Below are positions 9,367 through 19,063 of a stretch of DNA of 32,000 bases, piece after piece. Under the pieces are notes generated by a model. That model did not search any database. It saw nothing but the letters and a program-made list of their open reading frames with translations, and had not been told where the DNA came from. The translations under genes were made by a program, and so were the position numbers. This stretch comes from an archaeon (lineage in GTDB: Archaea; Iainarchaeota; Iainarchaeia; Iainarchaeales; 1-14-0-10-31-34): positions 1 through 32,000 of the forward strand of contig JAJRVL010000011.1 in the NCBI GenBank assembly GCA_024277355.1. Reading direction: 5' to 3'. The first letter of the stretch is position 1. Each line of letters starts with the position of its first letter.

Positions 9367-10845
9367 TTATTCACCGCATACCCCAATAGTATAATCAGTT
9401 AAAATAAAATTTCCTTTAGAAGAATCAGAAAAAACAGGAATTAAAGTGTTAATTGTAAAAGATAAAAGATAAGTAAAAGGACCAAAATTTAATTTTTGGT
9501 TTGAAAAAATTAATTGGTTTTTGCCGAAAGAAAAATTAAAAAAACCATTATAAAAAGAATAAGAACCTGAATCAGAGTTAATTGTTTCAGTTGAAGTAAT
9601 TAAATCTTTTTCTAAAATAAAATTATTAAAATTTCCTGCAAGAAGATTTCCTGTAAAAGTTTCTGCTGTCCCAGTTAAAGAAAAAAGTATGTCTGTTTCA
9701 GTTGAACCTGACTCAGAATAACAGTCACAATTTAATTTTGGCTGAATCTGAGTTCTTGGTCTTTCACAAACAGCAGGTTCTCCATTAGAAAGTGAATTCA
9801 TTAATTCAATTGAATCATTAGAATAAATTCTTACTCTTTCTGCTTTACATATCTGGAAAGTTAAATTCTTTAAATCACATCCTTTAAATGAAACAATCCC
9901 GTCATTTAATTCACTTGAATCAGAATTAATTCCAGTTCCCTTAAAAGCAGTAAAACCCAGAGAAGGATTTCCTGTAATTATCATTTCTTTTAAAATGATT
10001 TTTCCTGCACTTTCAGCTAAACCGTTTTTTCCATCTGCACCGTCCACAGCATAGTTAGTTCCACTGTCTTCATCATAAACTTGTCCGCTTGCGCCTGTTC
10101 CTCCAATTCCACCGTTTCCGCCATTAACATTAAAGAAAATTCTTGAAGTTGAATCAGCAAAAACTAATTTTTCAATTAAAATTTCTCCTCCAGCTGAACC
10201 ATTTCCTCCATTAGTTGCATCTAAATGCTGACAACTGCTGTTGCTGTCAAAACCATTTCCTCCAGTTCCTCCGCTTCCACCGGAAGAATCAATAGTTAAA
10301 CTTGAATTGCCCAAAACAAAAACTTCTTCTTGAATTTCAATATTTCCTGTTTTTCCTGCATTACTTCCTGCAGTTAAAGAACAGGCAACTTTTTTTCCAT
10401 TTAACCCGTTTGCTCCAACAGAATTAATTTCAGCTGAATTTTTTGCAGTTAAATTTCCTTCAATAATTAAATTAAGTGAATCTTTTAATGAAGAATTATT
10501 AAGATTTAATTTTCCTCCATCAATAATTATTCCATTAATACTTGAATCAAAAATCACATAATTTGAAGGATTAGCAGAAGAAAAAGTACAGTCTGCTTCT
10601 GCTCCACAAGGAAGCAAAGTTGTTCCTGAAGGAATTACAATTGAATAAATGTTTTCAGGAGTTGAATCAATAACAGAAATTGACTCAGAAAAAAAAGGAA
10701 TTAAACCTGAATTTAAAGTAAAAGTTACATTATTTCCTGAAACTGTTTTAGTGTAAGCAGAATTAACTCCTAATAAAATTGAATCATCAGAATAAGCAAA
10801 AGAACCCAAAAATAAAAATAAAAATAAAAATAATTTTTTCTGCAT
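9367..10845 (-). CDS. Secreted glycine-rich protein, similar architecture to the neighbouring 7770-9365 gene
   Basis: Signal peptide MQKKLFLFLFLFLGSFAYS; GGSGGTGGNG, GGNGGIGGTGASG segments alternating with beta-helix-like stretches. Confidence 0.75.
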   Translation of the reverse strand: MQKKLFLFLFLFLGSFAYSDDSILLGVNSAYTKTVSGNNVTFTLNSGLIPFFSESISVIDSTPENIYSIVIPSGTTLLPCGAEADCTFSSANPSNYVIFDSSINGIIIDGGKLNLNNSSLKDSLNLIIEGNLTAKNSAEINSVGANGLNGKKVACSLTAGSNAGKTGNIEIQEEVFVLGNSSLTIDSSGGSGGTGGNGFDSNSSCQHLDATNGGNGSAGGEILIEKLVFADSTSRIFFNVNGGNGGIGGTGASGQVYDEDSGTNYAVDGADGKNGLAESAGKIILKEMIITGNPSLGFTAFKGTGINSDSSELNDGIVSFKGCDLKNLTFQICKAERVRIYSNDSIELMNSLSNGEPAVCERPRTQIQPKLNCDCYSESGSTETDILFSLTGTAETFTGNLLAGNFNNFILEKDLITSTETINSDSGSYSFYNGFFNFSFGKNQLIFSNQKLNFGPFTYLLSFTINTLIPVFSDSSKGNFILTDYTIGVCGE

Positions 10846-10911
10846 AAACTTCCCTTAACTAAATAATTTATTTATAAAAATAGGGTATTTAGATATAAAA
10901 AAGTAATGCAA

Positions 10912-13055
10912 TTAGTAATTTCCTAAATTAGTCTGCACAGGAGTAAAATGCTTAAAAGACTTTAATTCTTTTTCACTTAAGCCTAATTGTTTTTTTATTT
11001 TAAATGCGGTTTCATTTCCTATAATTCCGGCTAAATCATTTAATTCAGTTTTTTTTAGCAAAGCAATTGAATTAATATTTGAATTAAATAATTTTCTTGC
11101 TCTAACCCTTCCAATTCCTTTTAATTCAGTTAAAACTAATAATTCTTCTTTTATGCCGTATTTTATTCTTTTTCTTAATTTTGAAATCAAAGAAATAACA
11201 GATTTTTTTCCTGAAATTAAAGCTAATTCAGAAAAGCAATATAATAACCAGTCAGCAATCATTAATTTTGAACGAAGTATTCCGGGCTGAACATTAAATT
11301 CTTTCCTTAAAGTTTCTTCAGGAACTTCACTAATCCATTTGTTTAGCAATAAAGCAGAATTATATTTTTTTAATAAAGAAATATCAGAATAAAAGTCATC
11401 TGAATCAATTGGAAGAGAATCTGCTTCAACATTCATCTGTTCCCATAATTCTGTTTCTTTTGCTCTTGGAACAGAAAATAAAGGAAAAAATTCAAAAGCT
11501 GAAGTCAGCAAAAATAAAAAAGAAAAATTATTTAAATCTTTTTTAAATGAATCTAAAATCATTTTTGCAGTTAAAGGATCCAAAAAAAGTTCTGCAATTC
11601 TTTTGCCGATTAAAGTTGCCTTAAAAGATTTTTCATTTCCTTCAATAAACTTTAATTCCTTTAATTCAATTAAAACAGAATTAACTTTCAAAAATAATTC
11701 ATCTAATCCATTAAACTGAAAAGCATAAAAAGTCTTGGAAAAAAATTTTTCTAATGACTCTAAATCAAAAGCAAAACCAGTTGCAATTGCAGCTAAAACA
11801 TGGGTTCTTAAAACAGGTTCAATTCCTAATTTAGATGAAACTTCTTCTACATCCCCTAAAATAAATTCTTCTTTTAATTCATCCATTTCAAATTCATTCC
11901 CTGCAATTAACACGCTTTCCCCAACAGAATCAAATTTAGGCCTTCCGGCTCTTCCGCTCCATTGTTTATATTCTCTTACAGGAATTTTCTGATGCCCAAA
12001 AGCAGTATAACGAAAAACAGAAGGAATAATTACACGAAACGCAGGCAAATTAACTCCTGCTGCTAAAGTAGGCGTAGCAGAAATAACTTTAATTAAATTT
12101 TTTTTAAATAATTCTTCAACAACATCTCTTTGCTTTGCAAGCATTCCTGCATTATGAAAAGCAATGCCAGACTTAACTAAATTAGATAAAATTCTGCATT
12201 GTTCTGTTGGGTTTTCTAAGGCATTAAGAATTTCAAGAGATTTCTTAGACAAAAACTCTTTTTCCTTTACTAATAATGTCTTTTCCACTGTTTTTGCTAG
12301 TTTTTTTGCCATGCCAACAGTTCTTGGACGAGTATTGCAGAAAACTAATGCCTGCTTATTTTTTTCTAACGCATCTTTAACTAAGGCTTCAACTGGATCA
12401 GATATTGGATTAATTTTTTGTTTTCCTCTTAAAAAATGAATTTGGTTTTCAAAAAAAACTCCTTCATTTAATTTTACAGGACGAAAAGAACTTTCAATTA
12501 ATTTTGCATTAAGCCATTTGCTTAATTCTTTTGAGTTAGGGATTGTTGCACTTAAGCCCAACACCTGAATTTCAGGATTTAAAATTAAAAGTTTTGTTGT
12601 CATTATTTCAATTGTCGGACCTCTATCTGAATCAATTTCATGGATTTCGTCAATTATAAGCAGACCTATTTGTTTAAGCCATTCTGATTTATGCCTTAAT
12701 AATGATTCAGTTTTTTCATAAGTAGTAAAAATAACATCATAATTATGCAGATATTTAGAAGAAGAATCAAAGTCTCCTGTTGACATAGTTGATTTAATGT
12801 TTAATTCAGAATACTTTTTTTGAATTCACGGAAATGCTCTGACGCCAAAGCCTTTAACGGACAGGCATAAATAACTTTTTTTTTCTTATTTATGACTGAA
12901 TTTAATGCAGTTAATTCTCCAATTAAAGTTTTTCCTGAAGCAGTAGGAGAAGAAACAATAACATTTGAATCAAATAAACCAGCTTTAATTGCTTTTTCCT
13001 GCATTGGATTAAATTCAATTGAATTGATTTCTTTTACTTTTTGAATTACATCCAT
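10912..13055 (-). pseudogene. hel308: Hel308/Ski2-type superfamily 2 helicase, frameshifted at an A7 run (12815-12821, T7 on the plus strand)
   Basis: N-terminal part MDVIQKVKEINSIEFNPMQEKAIKAGLF..SSPTASGKT..ACPLKALASEHFREFKK; second part has DEIHEIDSDRGPTIE, ATPTLAAGVNLPAFRVIIP, QWSGRAGRPKFD and helix-hairpin-helix LTELKGIGRVRARKLF. The two parts join with one additional A (FKKKYSELNIKSTMSTGDFD). Confidence 0.85.
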
Positions 13056-13158
13056 TAAAGAAAGAATAAGAAAAGAAAATAAAAAGGATTTGACAGTTAA
13101 CTGCAGGTGAAAAACATAATAATTAACTTTAAAACTGTTTCTACATAATAGTTTTTTT

Positions 13159-13284
13159 ATGGTTTCAGAAAAACAAAAAAACACATTTCTAGTTTTAGTT
13201 ATCCTGCTTGTAATATTTATTTCATTGTTTTTTGCTTACCAAAACGGAGTAATAGGAAAAGCAATAATTTCAGGTTTTAGTTAA
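13159..13284 (+). CDS. Small single-pass membrane protein (41 aa)
   Basis: ATG at 13159: MVSEKQKNTFLVLVILLVIFISLFFAYQNGVIGKAIISGFS*. Not in the ORF track, probably because of length. Confidence 0.45.
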   Translation: MVSEKQKNTFLVLVILLVIFISLFFAYQNGVIGKAIISGFS

Positions 13285-13949
13285 CTTTCAGCCCATTTCA
13301 TTATTTCTTTTAAGCAGTTAATGTTTTTGTTTATTGATTCAAGTTTTGCTGTTAATTCTTTTATTTTTGTTTCAGATATTTCTTTTCTTAATTCCTGTAA
13401 ATGAGACGCATGTTTTGCAAGTTTTTTGTCTTTTTTGTATACAACTGAATTTTCAAATGCTTCAATTAACTGCCTTCTGTATTCAGTGTCATTAAGAAAA
13501 GTTTCAATCATTGCCTTGTATTTTTTATCTGCAACTAAATCAACAGGCAATTTAACTCTTTCAGTTGAATGCTTGTATTCTTTGTCTGTCATTGTTTTCA
13601 TTAAATGCTTCCAGTAAACTGGTTCAGCAAATTTTTTGAAAAAAATTGTTTTCTTGTAATTTTTTGCTTCAGAATTCTTTTTTTTCCAGTCATTTAATTT
13701 TGATTCAAATAATTTCCTGCTTAAATCCAGTTCATTTAACTGAAAAATAATTCTTTGTTTTGACGGATAAATTAATTTAGGCCACCCATTTCCTGAAGGA
13801 AGCATTGAAAGAAAGCCTCCAAAAGCAAAATAATCTTTTAATGCATTAGCTCTTTCAGAATTTGATTCAGTGTTTAAATCAGGATTTGCATTAACAAAAT
13901 TTTCAAAAGAAGAAATAATCCCTCTTTGAACAGCACTTTCTTTTGTCAT
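13281..13949 (-). CDS. Hypothetical protein, charged with C-terminal coiled-coil-like segment
   Basis: Uninterrupted 222-aa ORF with composition matching neighbouring genes; no family recognised. Confidence 0.65.
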   Translation of the reverse strand: MTKESAVQRGIISSFENFVNANPDLNTESNSERANALKDYFAFGGFLSMLPSGNGWPKLIYPSKQRIIFQLNELDLSRKLFESKLNDWKKKNSEAKNYKKTIFFKKFAEPVYWKHLMKTMTDKEYKHSTERVKLPVDLVADKKYKAMIETFLNDTEYRRQLIEAFENSVVYKKDKKLAKHASHLQELRKEISETKIKELTAKLESINKNINCLKEIMKWAES

Positions 13950-14043
13950 AAAAAAAGTAATTCAATCAAGGTTAATAAATTTATTGGAACAACAAAAAAA
14001 GAATTAAAAGGGTTTACCCTTAAAAATTGTTTTAGGTGATTAA

Positions 14044-14382
14044 ATGATTCCAGGATTAGGAAAAATGAATCCAAAACAAATGCAGGGCATGATGAAGCAA
14101 TTCGGCATAAAAACTGAAGAAATTAATGCAAAAAAAGTAATATTTGAATTAGAAAACGGAAACAAATTAGTAATAGATAATCCTAATGTTTCTGCTATGA
14201 ACGCACAAGGACAGAAAATTTATTCTGTCGTAGGAGAAGCAAAAGAAGAAAAAGGATTAAACGAAGACGACTTAAAAATGGTAATAGAACAAACTAACAC
14301 AACAAAAGAAGAAGCAGTAAAAGCATTAGAAGAAAGCAACGGCGATTTAGCTGAAGCCATAATGAAATTAAAGAAAGAATAA
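14044..14382 (+). CDS. nac: Archaeal nascent polypeptide-associated complex protein (NAC alpha)
   Basis: MIPGLGKMNPKQMQGMMKQFGIKTEEINAKKVIFELENG... NAC domain with C-terminal UBA (TNTTKEEAVKALEESNGDLAEAIMKL). Confidence 0.95.
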   Translation: MIPGLGKMNPKQMQGMMKQFGIKTEEINAKKVIFELENGNKLVIDNPNVSAMNAQGQKIYSVVGEAKEEKGLNEDDLKMVIEQTNTTKEEAVKALEESNGDLAEAIMKLKKE

Positions 14383-14388
14383 AATAAA

Positions 14389-14505
14389 CTTTTTAGAAAA
14401 AAGCTTTACCAAAAAAACAAGTTATTCTTCTGAAGCAGTTATTAAACCTTTTTTAGAAAAAAAGCTTTACCAAAAAATAAAAGCTATTCTTCTGAAGCAG
14501 TAATT
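14389..14505. repeat. Imperfect direct tandem repeat (~55-58 bp units, 14389-14443 and 14448-14505)
   Basis: CTTTTTAGAAAAAAGCTTTACCAAAAAAACAAGTTATTCTTCTGAAGCAGTTATT versus CTTTTTTAGAAAAAAAGCTTTACCAAAAAATAAAAGCTATTCTTCTGAAGCAGTAATT. Confidence 0.8.
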
Positions 14506-15824
14506 GAAGTAATTTTTTTTCTATGATAAATGCTTGATTCAATCTGAATCTTTAATTCAACTTCTTCGCCTTCTTTTCTTTCAGGTTTAACAAAAACTTG
14601 TGTTGAAGTTAAATCATCTGCAATAAATTCTGCTCCATTTTCAGCTGTAAAAACATCAAATAAAACAACTGCTTCCTGCTGGAATTCCATGTTAATAAAA
14701 TTTAATTCATCAAACAAAGCAGTTAACTTCAAAATAATTTCAGATGAATCAGATGAAATTAATTCAACTGAACCAAACAATTGCCCTCTTGCTTCAGAAA
14801 CAGAAATATTTGAAACATTATTGTCTTTTAAAAAATCAAGTGTATTTTGTTCTAATTCTTTTATATTTAATCCTTCAGCAAAATTTAATTGAGCAGAAAA
14901 ACCATTTCCTACTTTAGAAACATCAATTGAACTAAAAACAGGGTGCTTTTCAAGGAAAACATTAAATTCTTCTTTTAAATCTGAATCAGCATCAAAGAAA
15001 ACCACAAAATAATTTTCAGGAGCAAACCCATTAATATTTACATCAATTATTCCATCAAACTCAAGGATTTTTTCTTTTAACTCCTGTTCTTTTGGAAAAT
15101 CAGAATAATCAGCAAACAATCCAAAAATTATTCTTGGAAGTTTTGATTCAATTGATTTATTTAAATCAAAAGAAAAAAACCCAGGTCTTGTTTCAGAAGC
15201 AATTGAATTAACTAAAGTTTTTCCAGTAAAATAACCGTCAATTCTTATAGTTAAAAAATCTTCTTTTTGTGTTCCAGGAATAACATAAGCTAAATTTAAT
15301 GGATCAGTAAATTCATAATTCACATCAAAGCCTTGTTCATTAGAAAAATAAACATTTTTTGGCACAGAAACCAAAACCATTTCATTTGCAACAGAATCAA
15401 ACAAAAAATCTTTTGTTGCTTCATTTATTTCTGAAATTACTTCAACTGAATCTCTTTTTTTATCAAAAGAAACTTCAGCTGCATAAATCAAAGAAGTTCC
15501 AAAAGAAGAATTATTTAACTGCTTGTATCTTGAATCAATTTTATAAACTCCTTCGACTAAAGCAATTTTTTTGTCTATTACAGTAATGTCTGCTTCATTA
15601 GTAAAAGCAGTGAAAAAGATTTTTGGAAGTTTATCAACAACTTTTGCTTTAACTTCAGTTGCAGTCATTTGAATTGTAGTTGAATCAGGAAGATTACTGT
15701 CATCATAAACAAAATCAGAATCATCTGTGTTTTCACTGCCGTCAGTAAAATAAGTAGTAAAACCAACAATTGAACCAATCATTAAAATTATAATAAATAT
15801 TCCCATTAATTGTCCTGAATTCAT
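14484..15824 (-). CDS. Hypothetical membrane-anchored protein
   Basis: 446-aa ORF with N-terminal TM (LMGIFIIILMIGSIVGFTTYF); no specific family recognised. Confidence 0.7.
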   Translation of the reverse strand: MNSGQLMGIFIIILMIGSIVGFTTYFTDGSENTDDSDFVYDDSNLPDSTTIQMTATEVKAKVVDKLPKIFFTAFTNEADITVIDKKIALVEGVYKIDSRYKQLNNSSFGTSLIYAAEVSFDKKRDSVEVISEINEATKDFLFDSVANEMVLVSVPKNVYFSNEQGFDVNYEFTDPLNLAYVIPGTQKEDFLTIRIDGYFTGKTLVNSIASETRPGFFSFDLNKSIESKLPRIIFGLFADYSDFPKEQELKEKILEFDGIIDVNINGFAPENYFVVFFDADSDLKEEFNVFLEKHPVFSSIDVSKVGNGFSAQLNFAEGLNIKELEQNTLDFLKDNNVSNISVSEARGQLFGSVELISSDSSEIILKLTALFDELNFINMEFQQEAVVLFDVFTAENGAEFIADDLTSTQVFVKPERKEGEEVELKIQIESSIYHRKKITSITASEE

Positions 15825-15893
15825 AAAAAAACCTCAAAAAAAGCAATAAATGCAATAAAAAGCTTTAGCATAAAAGGTATTAAAAGAATTGAG

Positions 15894-15917
15894 TTTTAGT
15901 AAATATTATTACTAAAA
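15894..15917. promoter_or_regulatory. Perfect 9-bp inverted repeat with 6-nt spacer in a divergent intergenic region
   Basis: TTTTAGTAA-ATATTA-TTACTAAAA, between the divergent genes starting at 15824 (-) and 15961 (+). Confidence 0.4.
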
Positions 15918-15960
15918 TCAAATTTAACTGATTTTTATTTTTTAATTTAAAGGTGAGATA

Positions 15961-16704
15961 ATGCAGAAAGGAGATATAGCAGTAATTAATTACACTGCAA
16001 CAGATAAAACAAACAACAAAATATTTGATTCAACTGAAGAAAAAAAAGCAAAAGAAGCAGGAATATTTAATGAAAGAATAGCTTATCAGGCATTAAATGT
16101 AATAATTGGAAACAATGAATTAATGAAAGCATTAGAAGATGAAATAATAAAAATGAAAGCAGGAGAAGAAAAAAAAGTTGCATTAACTCCTGAAAAAGCT
16201 TTTGGAGAAAGAAAAAGCGAATTAATTAAAGTAATGCCAATGAAAGAATTTATTTCAAGAGATATCAGACCTGTTCCTGGATTAACAGTTGAATTAAACG
16301 AAATGAGAGGAAAAATTCAAAGTGTTTCAGGCGGAAGAGTAAGAGTAGATTTTAATCATGAATTAGCAGGAAAAGAAGTAGAATATGACGTTAAATTAGA
16401 AAAAGTTTTAACAGGAAAAAAAGATAAATTAAATGCATTAACAGAAAAATTCTTTTTAGGAACAAACGCTAAATTAAAAGAAGACAAAGATAAAATTGAA
16501 GTAGAATTTAATTTAATTCTGCCTGAACCAAGACTAAAAGGAAATTTTGTTCAAACAGTTTTTTCTAACTTTGATGACATAAAAAAAGTGAATTTTATTG
16601 AATCAATAGAAAAAATTGAAGAAAAGCCAGCAGAAAAAAAGGTTAAAGAAAAAACAAAAATTGAAGAAAAAGAAGCAGTAAAAGAAGAGAAAAAAACGGG
16701 ATAA
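15961..16704 (+). CDS. FKBP-type (SlyD-like, archaeal long form) peptidyl-prolyl cis-trans isomerase
   Basis: MQKGDIAVINYTATDKTNNKIFDSTEE...KMKAGEEKKVALTPEKAFGER...SVSGGRVRVDFNHELAGKEVEYDVKLEKV. Preceded by GGTGA at Shine-Dalgarno distance. Confidence 0.92.
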   Translation: MQKGDIAVINYTATDKTNNKIFDSTEEKKAKEAGIFNERIAYQALNVIIGNNELMKALEDEIIKMKAGEEKKVALTPEKAFGERKSELIKVMPMKEFISRDIRPVPGLTVELNEMRGKIQSVSGGRVRVDFNHELAGKEVEYDVKLEKVLTGKKDKLNALTEKFFLGTNAKLKEDKDKIEVEFNLILPEPRLKGNFVQTVFSNFDDIKKVNFIESIEKIEEKPAEKKVKEKTKIEEKEAVKEEKKTG

Positions 16705-16757
16705 CGACAACAAAAAACATAAATATCTTAAGAATATAATTTTATGGGAAGGAAAAC

Positions 16758-17015
16758 ATGGAATTTGAAGAAATCCATAATGTTGTTGCAGGCCAGAGGT
16801 TTGGAGCAATTTTAATCGGAATAGGAGTAGGATTAATTTTTGCAGATTTATTAGGAGATGCTGCTAAAGTAATAGGACTTTTTATTCTGGCACCTATTGG
16901 AGGAATAATAACTGTTTATTATTACAATAAACACTTAAAACTCTTCAAAAGAAAAATGCCAAATTTACCGGGACAAATTCCTCCTAAAGAAGAAAAAAAA
17001 GGAATAAAATCTTAA
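16758..17015 (+). CDS. Small membrane protein, hypothetical
   Basis: 85-aa ORF with two hydrophobic helices and a charged C-terminus. Confidence 0.6.
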   Translation: MEFEEIHNVVAGQRFGAILIGIGVGLIFADLLGDAAKVIGLFILAPIGGIITVYYYNKHLKLFKRKMPNLPGQIPPKEEKKGIKS

Positions 17016-17055
17016 ACACCAAAGATTTTTAATTCCTTAAACCTATTTTTATTGG

Positions 17056-18051
17056 ATGATAAATAAATTAGTAAATTTAACTAAACTGCATAGTTCCCCT
17101 GACACTGCTTTTCTAATGGGATTTATTTATGCATTAATCGGAATAATTGTTTCATTCTTTTTATTTCCAAGTTATATTGGAATAGTTTCAGTTTTTTTTA
17201 CTTCAATGGCTTTGATTCCAATAATAAGCAAATTAATGGAAGAATTAGCTTTAAGAGAAGGAAGAGAAAAAAAAATTCACGAAGGCGGAATAACTTTAAC
17301 TGAACTGCAATTAAGATCCAAAAAATTTTCAATTAAAAGTTTATGGACAGATCACAAAAATTTAATTGAAGTTTATTTTTATTCTTTTTTTGGAGTGTTT
17401 CTTTTGTTTTCTTCAATTATTTTTATTTTACCTCAGGAAAACGGAGATTATAACGGAATAATCCAAATTAAAATTGAAAGAAATGGAACAGAACAACTTG
17501 TTTCAGATGAATATATTTTAAGCGAACAATTTCAGGCATATAAAAGAATAACCGGAAACACAGGAGAAGCAATAGGACAGGCAACAGAACAATGTTTTCT
17601 TGGAAGCTGTGATAAATGGGATTTTTTTCTTGGAATAATTAAAAACAATTTATGGGTTTTAATTGTAACTTTTTTAGTTTCATTAATTTATGGTTTTGGA
17701 GCAATGTTTATTATTACATGGAATGCTTCAGTTTGGGGGATGGTTTTTGCTAACCGTTCACTTGAATTAGCACCAATTGCAGGAAAAAATCCAGTAGTAT
17801 TTTTTGGTTTGTTAATGTTAACAGTATTGCCGCATACTGCATTAGAAGCATTAACTTATTTTACTGCAGCAATTTCCGGAGGAGTAGCCTCACAAGGAAT
17901 AACAAAAGAAGACTTTGAATCAGAAAGATTTGAAAGAGTTTTAATGCATTCAATGCTTTTAATGGGAGTTTCATTAATCCTGCTTATTTTAGCTGCATTT
18001 ATGGAAACATATATTATATCAATCATAGATGAAATGATACCAAAATACTAA
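17056..18051 (+). CDS. SpoIIM-like (stage II sporulation protein M family) integral membrane protein
   Basis: Polytopic membrane protein with typical LPHTALEALTYFTAAISGG and a C-terminal SLILLILAAFMETYI. Confidence 0.75.
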   Translation: MINKLVNLTKLHSSPDTAFLMGFIYALIGIIVSFFLFPSYIGIVSVFFTSMALIPIISKLMEELALREGREKKIHEGGITLTELQLRSKKFSIKSLWTDHKNLIEVYFYSFFGVFLLFSSIIFILPQENGDYNGIIQIKIERNGTEQLVSDEYILSEQFQAYKRITGNTGEAIGQATEQCFLGSCDKWDFFLGIIKNNLWVLIVTFLVSLIYGFGAMFIITWNASVWGMVFANRSLELAPIAGKNPVVFFGLLMLTVLPHTALEALTYFTAAISGGVASQGITKEDFESERFERVLMHSMLLMGVSLILLILAAFMETYIISIIDEMIPKY

Positions 18052-18094
18052 AAAAAGAAAAAGAAAAGTTTCTGCAAATGCAGAAACTATTTAT

Positions 18095-18873
18095 TTAAAT
18101 TCCTGGGCACAAAACCCATTGCCCTGTTTCCTTGTCATAATAAGGACAATCACTTGAATCAGAACTATTGTCATCTGTTACTGTAACTGTAGTGTAAGCA
18201 AAAGCTATTCCATTTTGCGCTGATACTTTTAATGAAACATTAAAAGTTCCCTTTGAATTAAAGGTAAATACTGGATTTTGTAGTGTTGAATTCATATCTA
18301 AATTATTTAAGTCAATATTCCAAAAGAAATTTGCTGTTCCTAAAGGATATAATGCAGTTCCATTCAACATTATGCTTTGTCCTGTTAATGCAAAATAAGG
18401 TCCATTTGCTTCTGCTCCAAATTTTGGGTAAGCTGAAACAGTATCAGACCATTGACTGCAGGAACCTAAAATACATGCTCTTACTTTATAGTAATGCAAT
18501 AATGCTGTTATTGGAGGGGTTGGGGTTGTATGAACTAAATAAGTAATATTTGAATTTAATGTTCCATTGTAATCACTACTTAAATTGAAATCATCTGTAT
18601 GCCAATTAACTTCAAAGTTAATATTTGAATCTGAAACATTTTCATCTGAATAATTCCAGTCTAAAGTAATCTGCCCTGTGTTTGGTCCAGAAGTAGCAAT
18701 TAAATTTGTTGGAACTTAAGAAACTGCAGTCGAAACTGAAATTGGTTCAGTTACAACTGTTTTCTTTGTTAAAGTTTTAAATGCACCTCCGGTTGAATCA
18801 TTTTGCTGTAAAACACATCCTGATAAAACTATTGCTGCAATTAATAAAACTGCAAAAAATATTTTTTTAATTT
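18095..18873 (-). pseudogene. PKD/fibronectin-like lipoprotein, degraded: in-frame TAA at 18716-18718 and no ATG/GTG/TTG start visible at the lipobox end
   Basis: Reverse strand reads IKKIFFAVLLIAAIVLSGCVLQQNDSTGG...ISVSTAVS*VPTNLIATSGPNTGQITLDWNYSD...HYYKVRACILGSCSQWSDTVSAYPKFG... in one frame. The track shows only the C-terminal part (18095-18499). Confidence 0.6.
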
Positions 18874-19063
18874 AAATCACCTCACAAATTCAATATAATT
18901 AAAATTAATAATTACAAAGATAAAAAAAAAGTGATTTTCTTTGTTAATAAAAGTTTTCTTTTAGTTTAATGAAATTTCTTTAAAAAAGTGCTTTTCCCTT
19001 AACTTTTTAAATAGTTAGTAAGCCATTAAATATAGGCACACTGACTAATTTTATGGTGATTTA

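Noticed and set aside
16603-16809. Minus-strand ORF 16603-16809 (FFLFYCFFFFNFCFFF)
   Set aside because: Antisense of the Lys/Glu-rich FKBP C-terminus.
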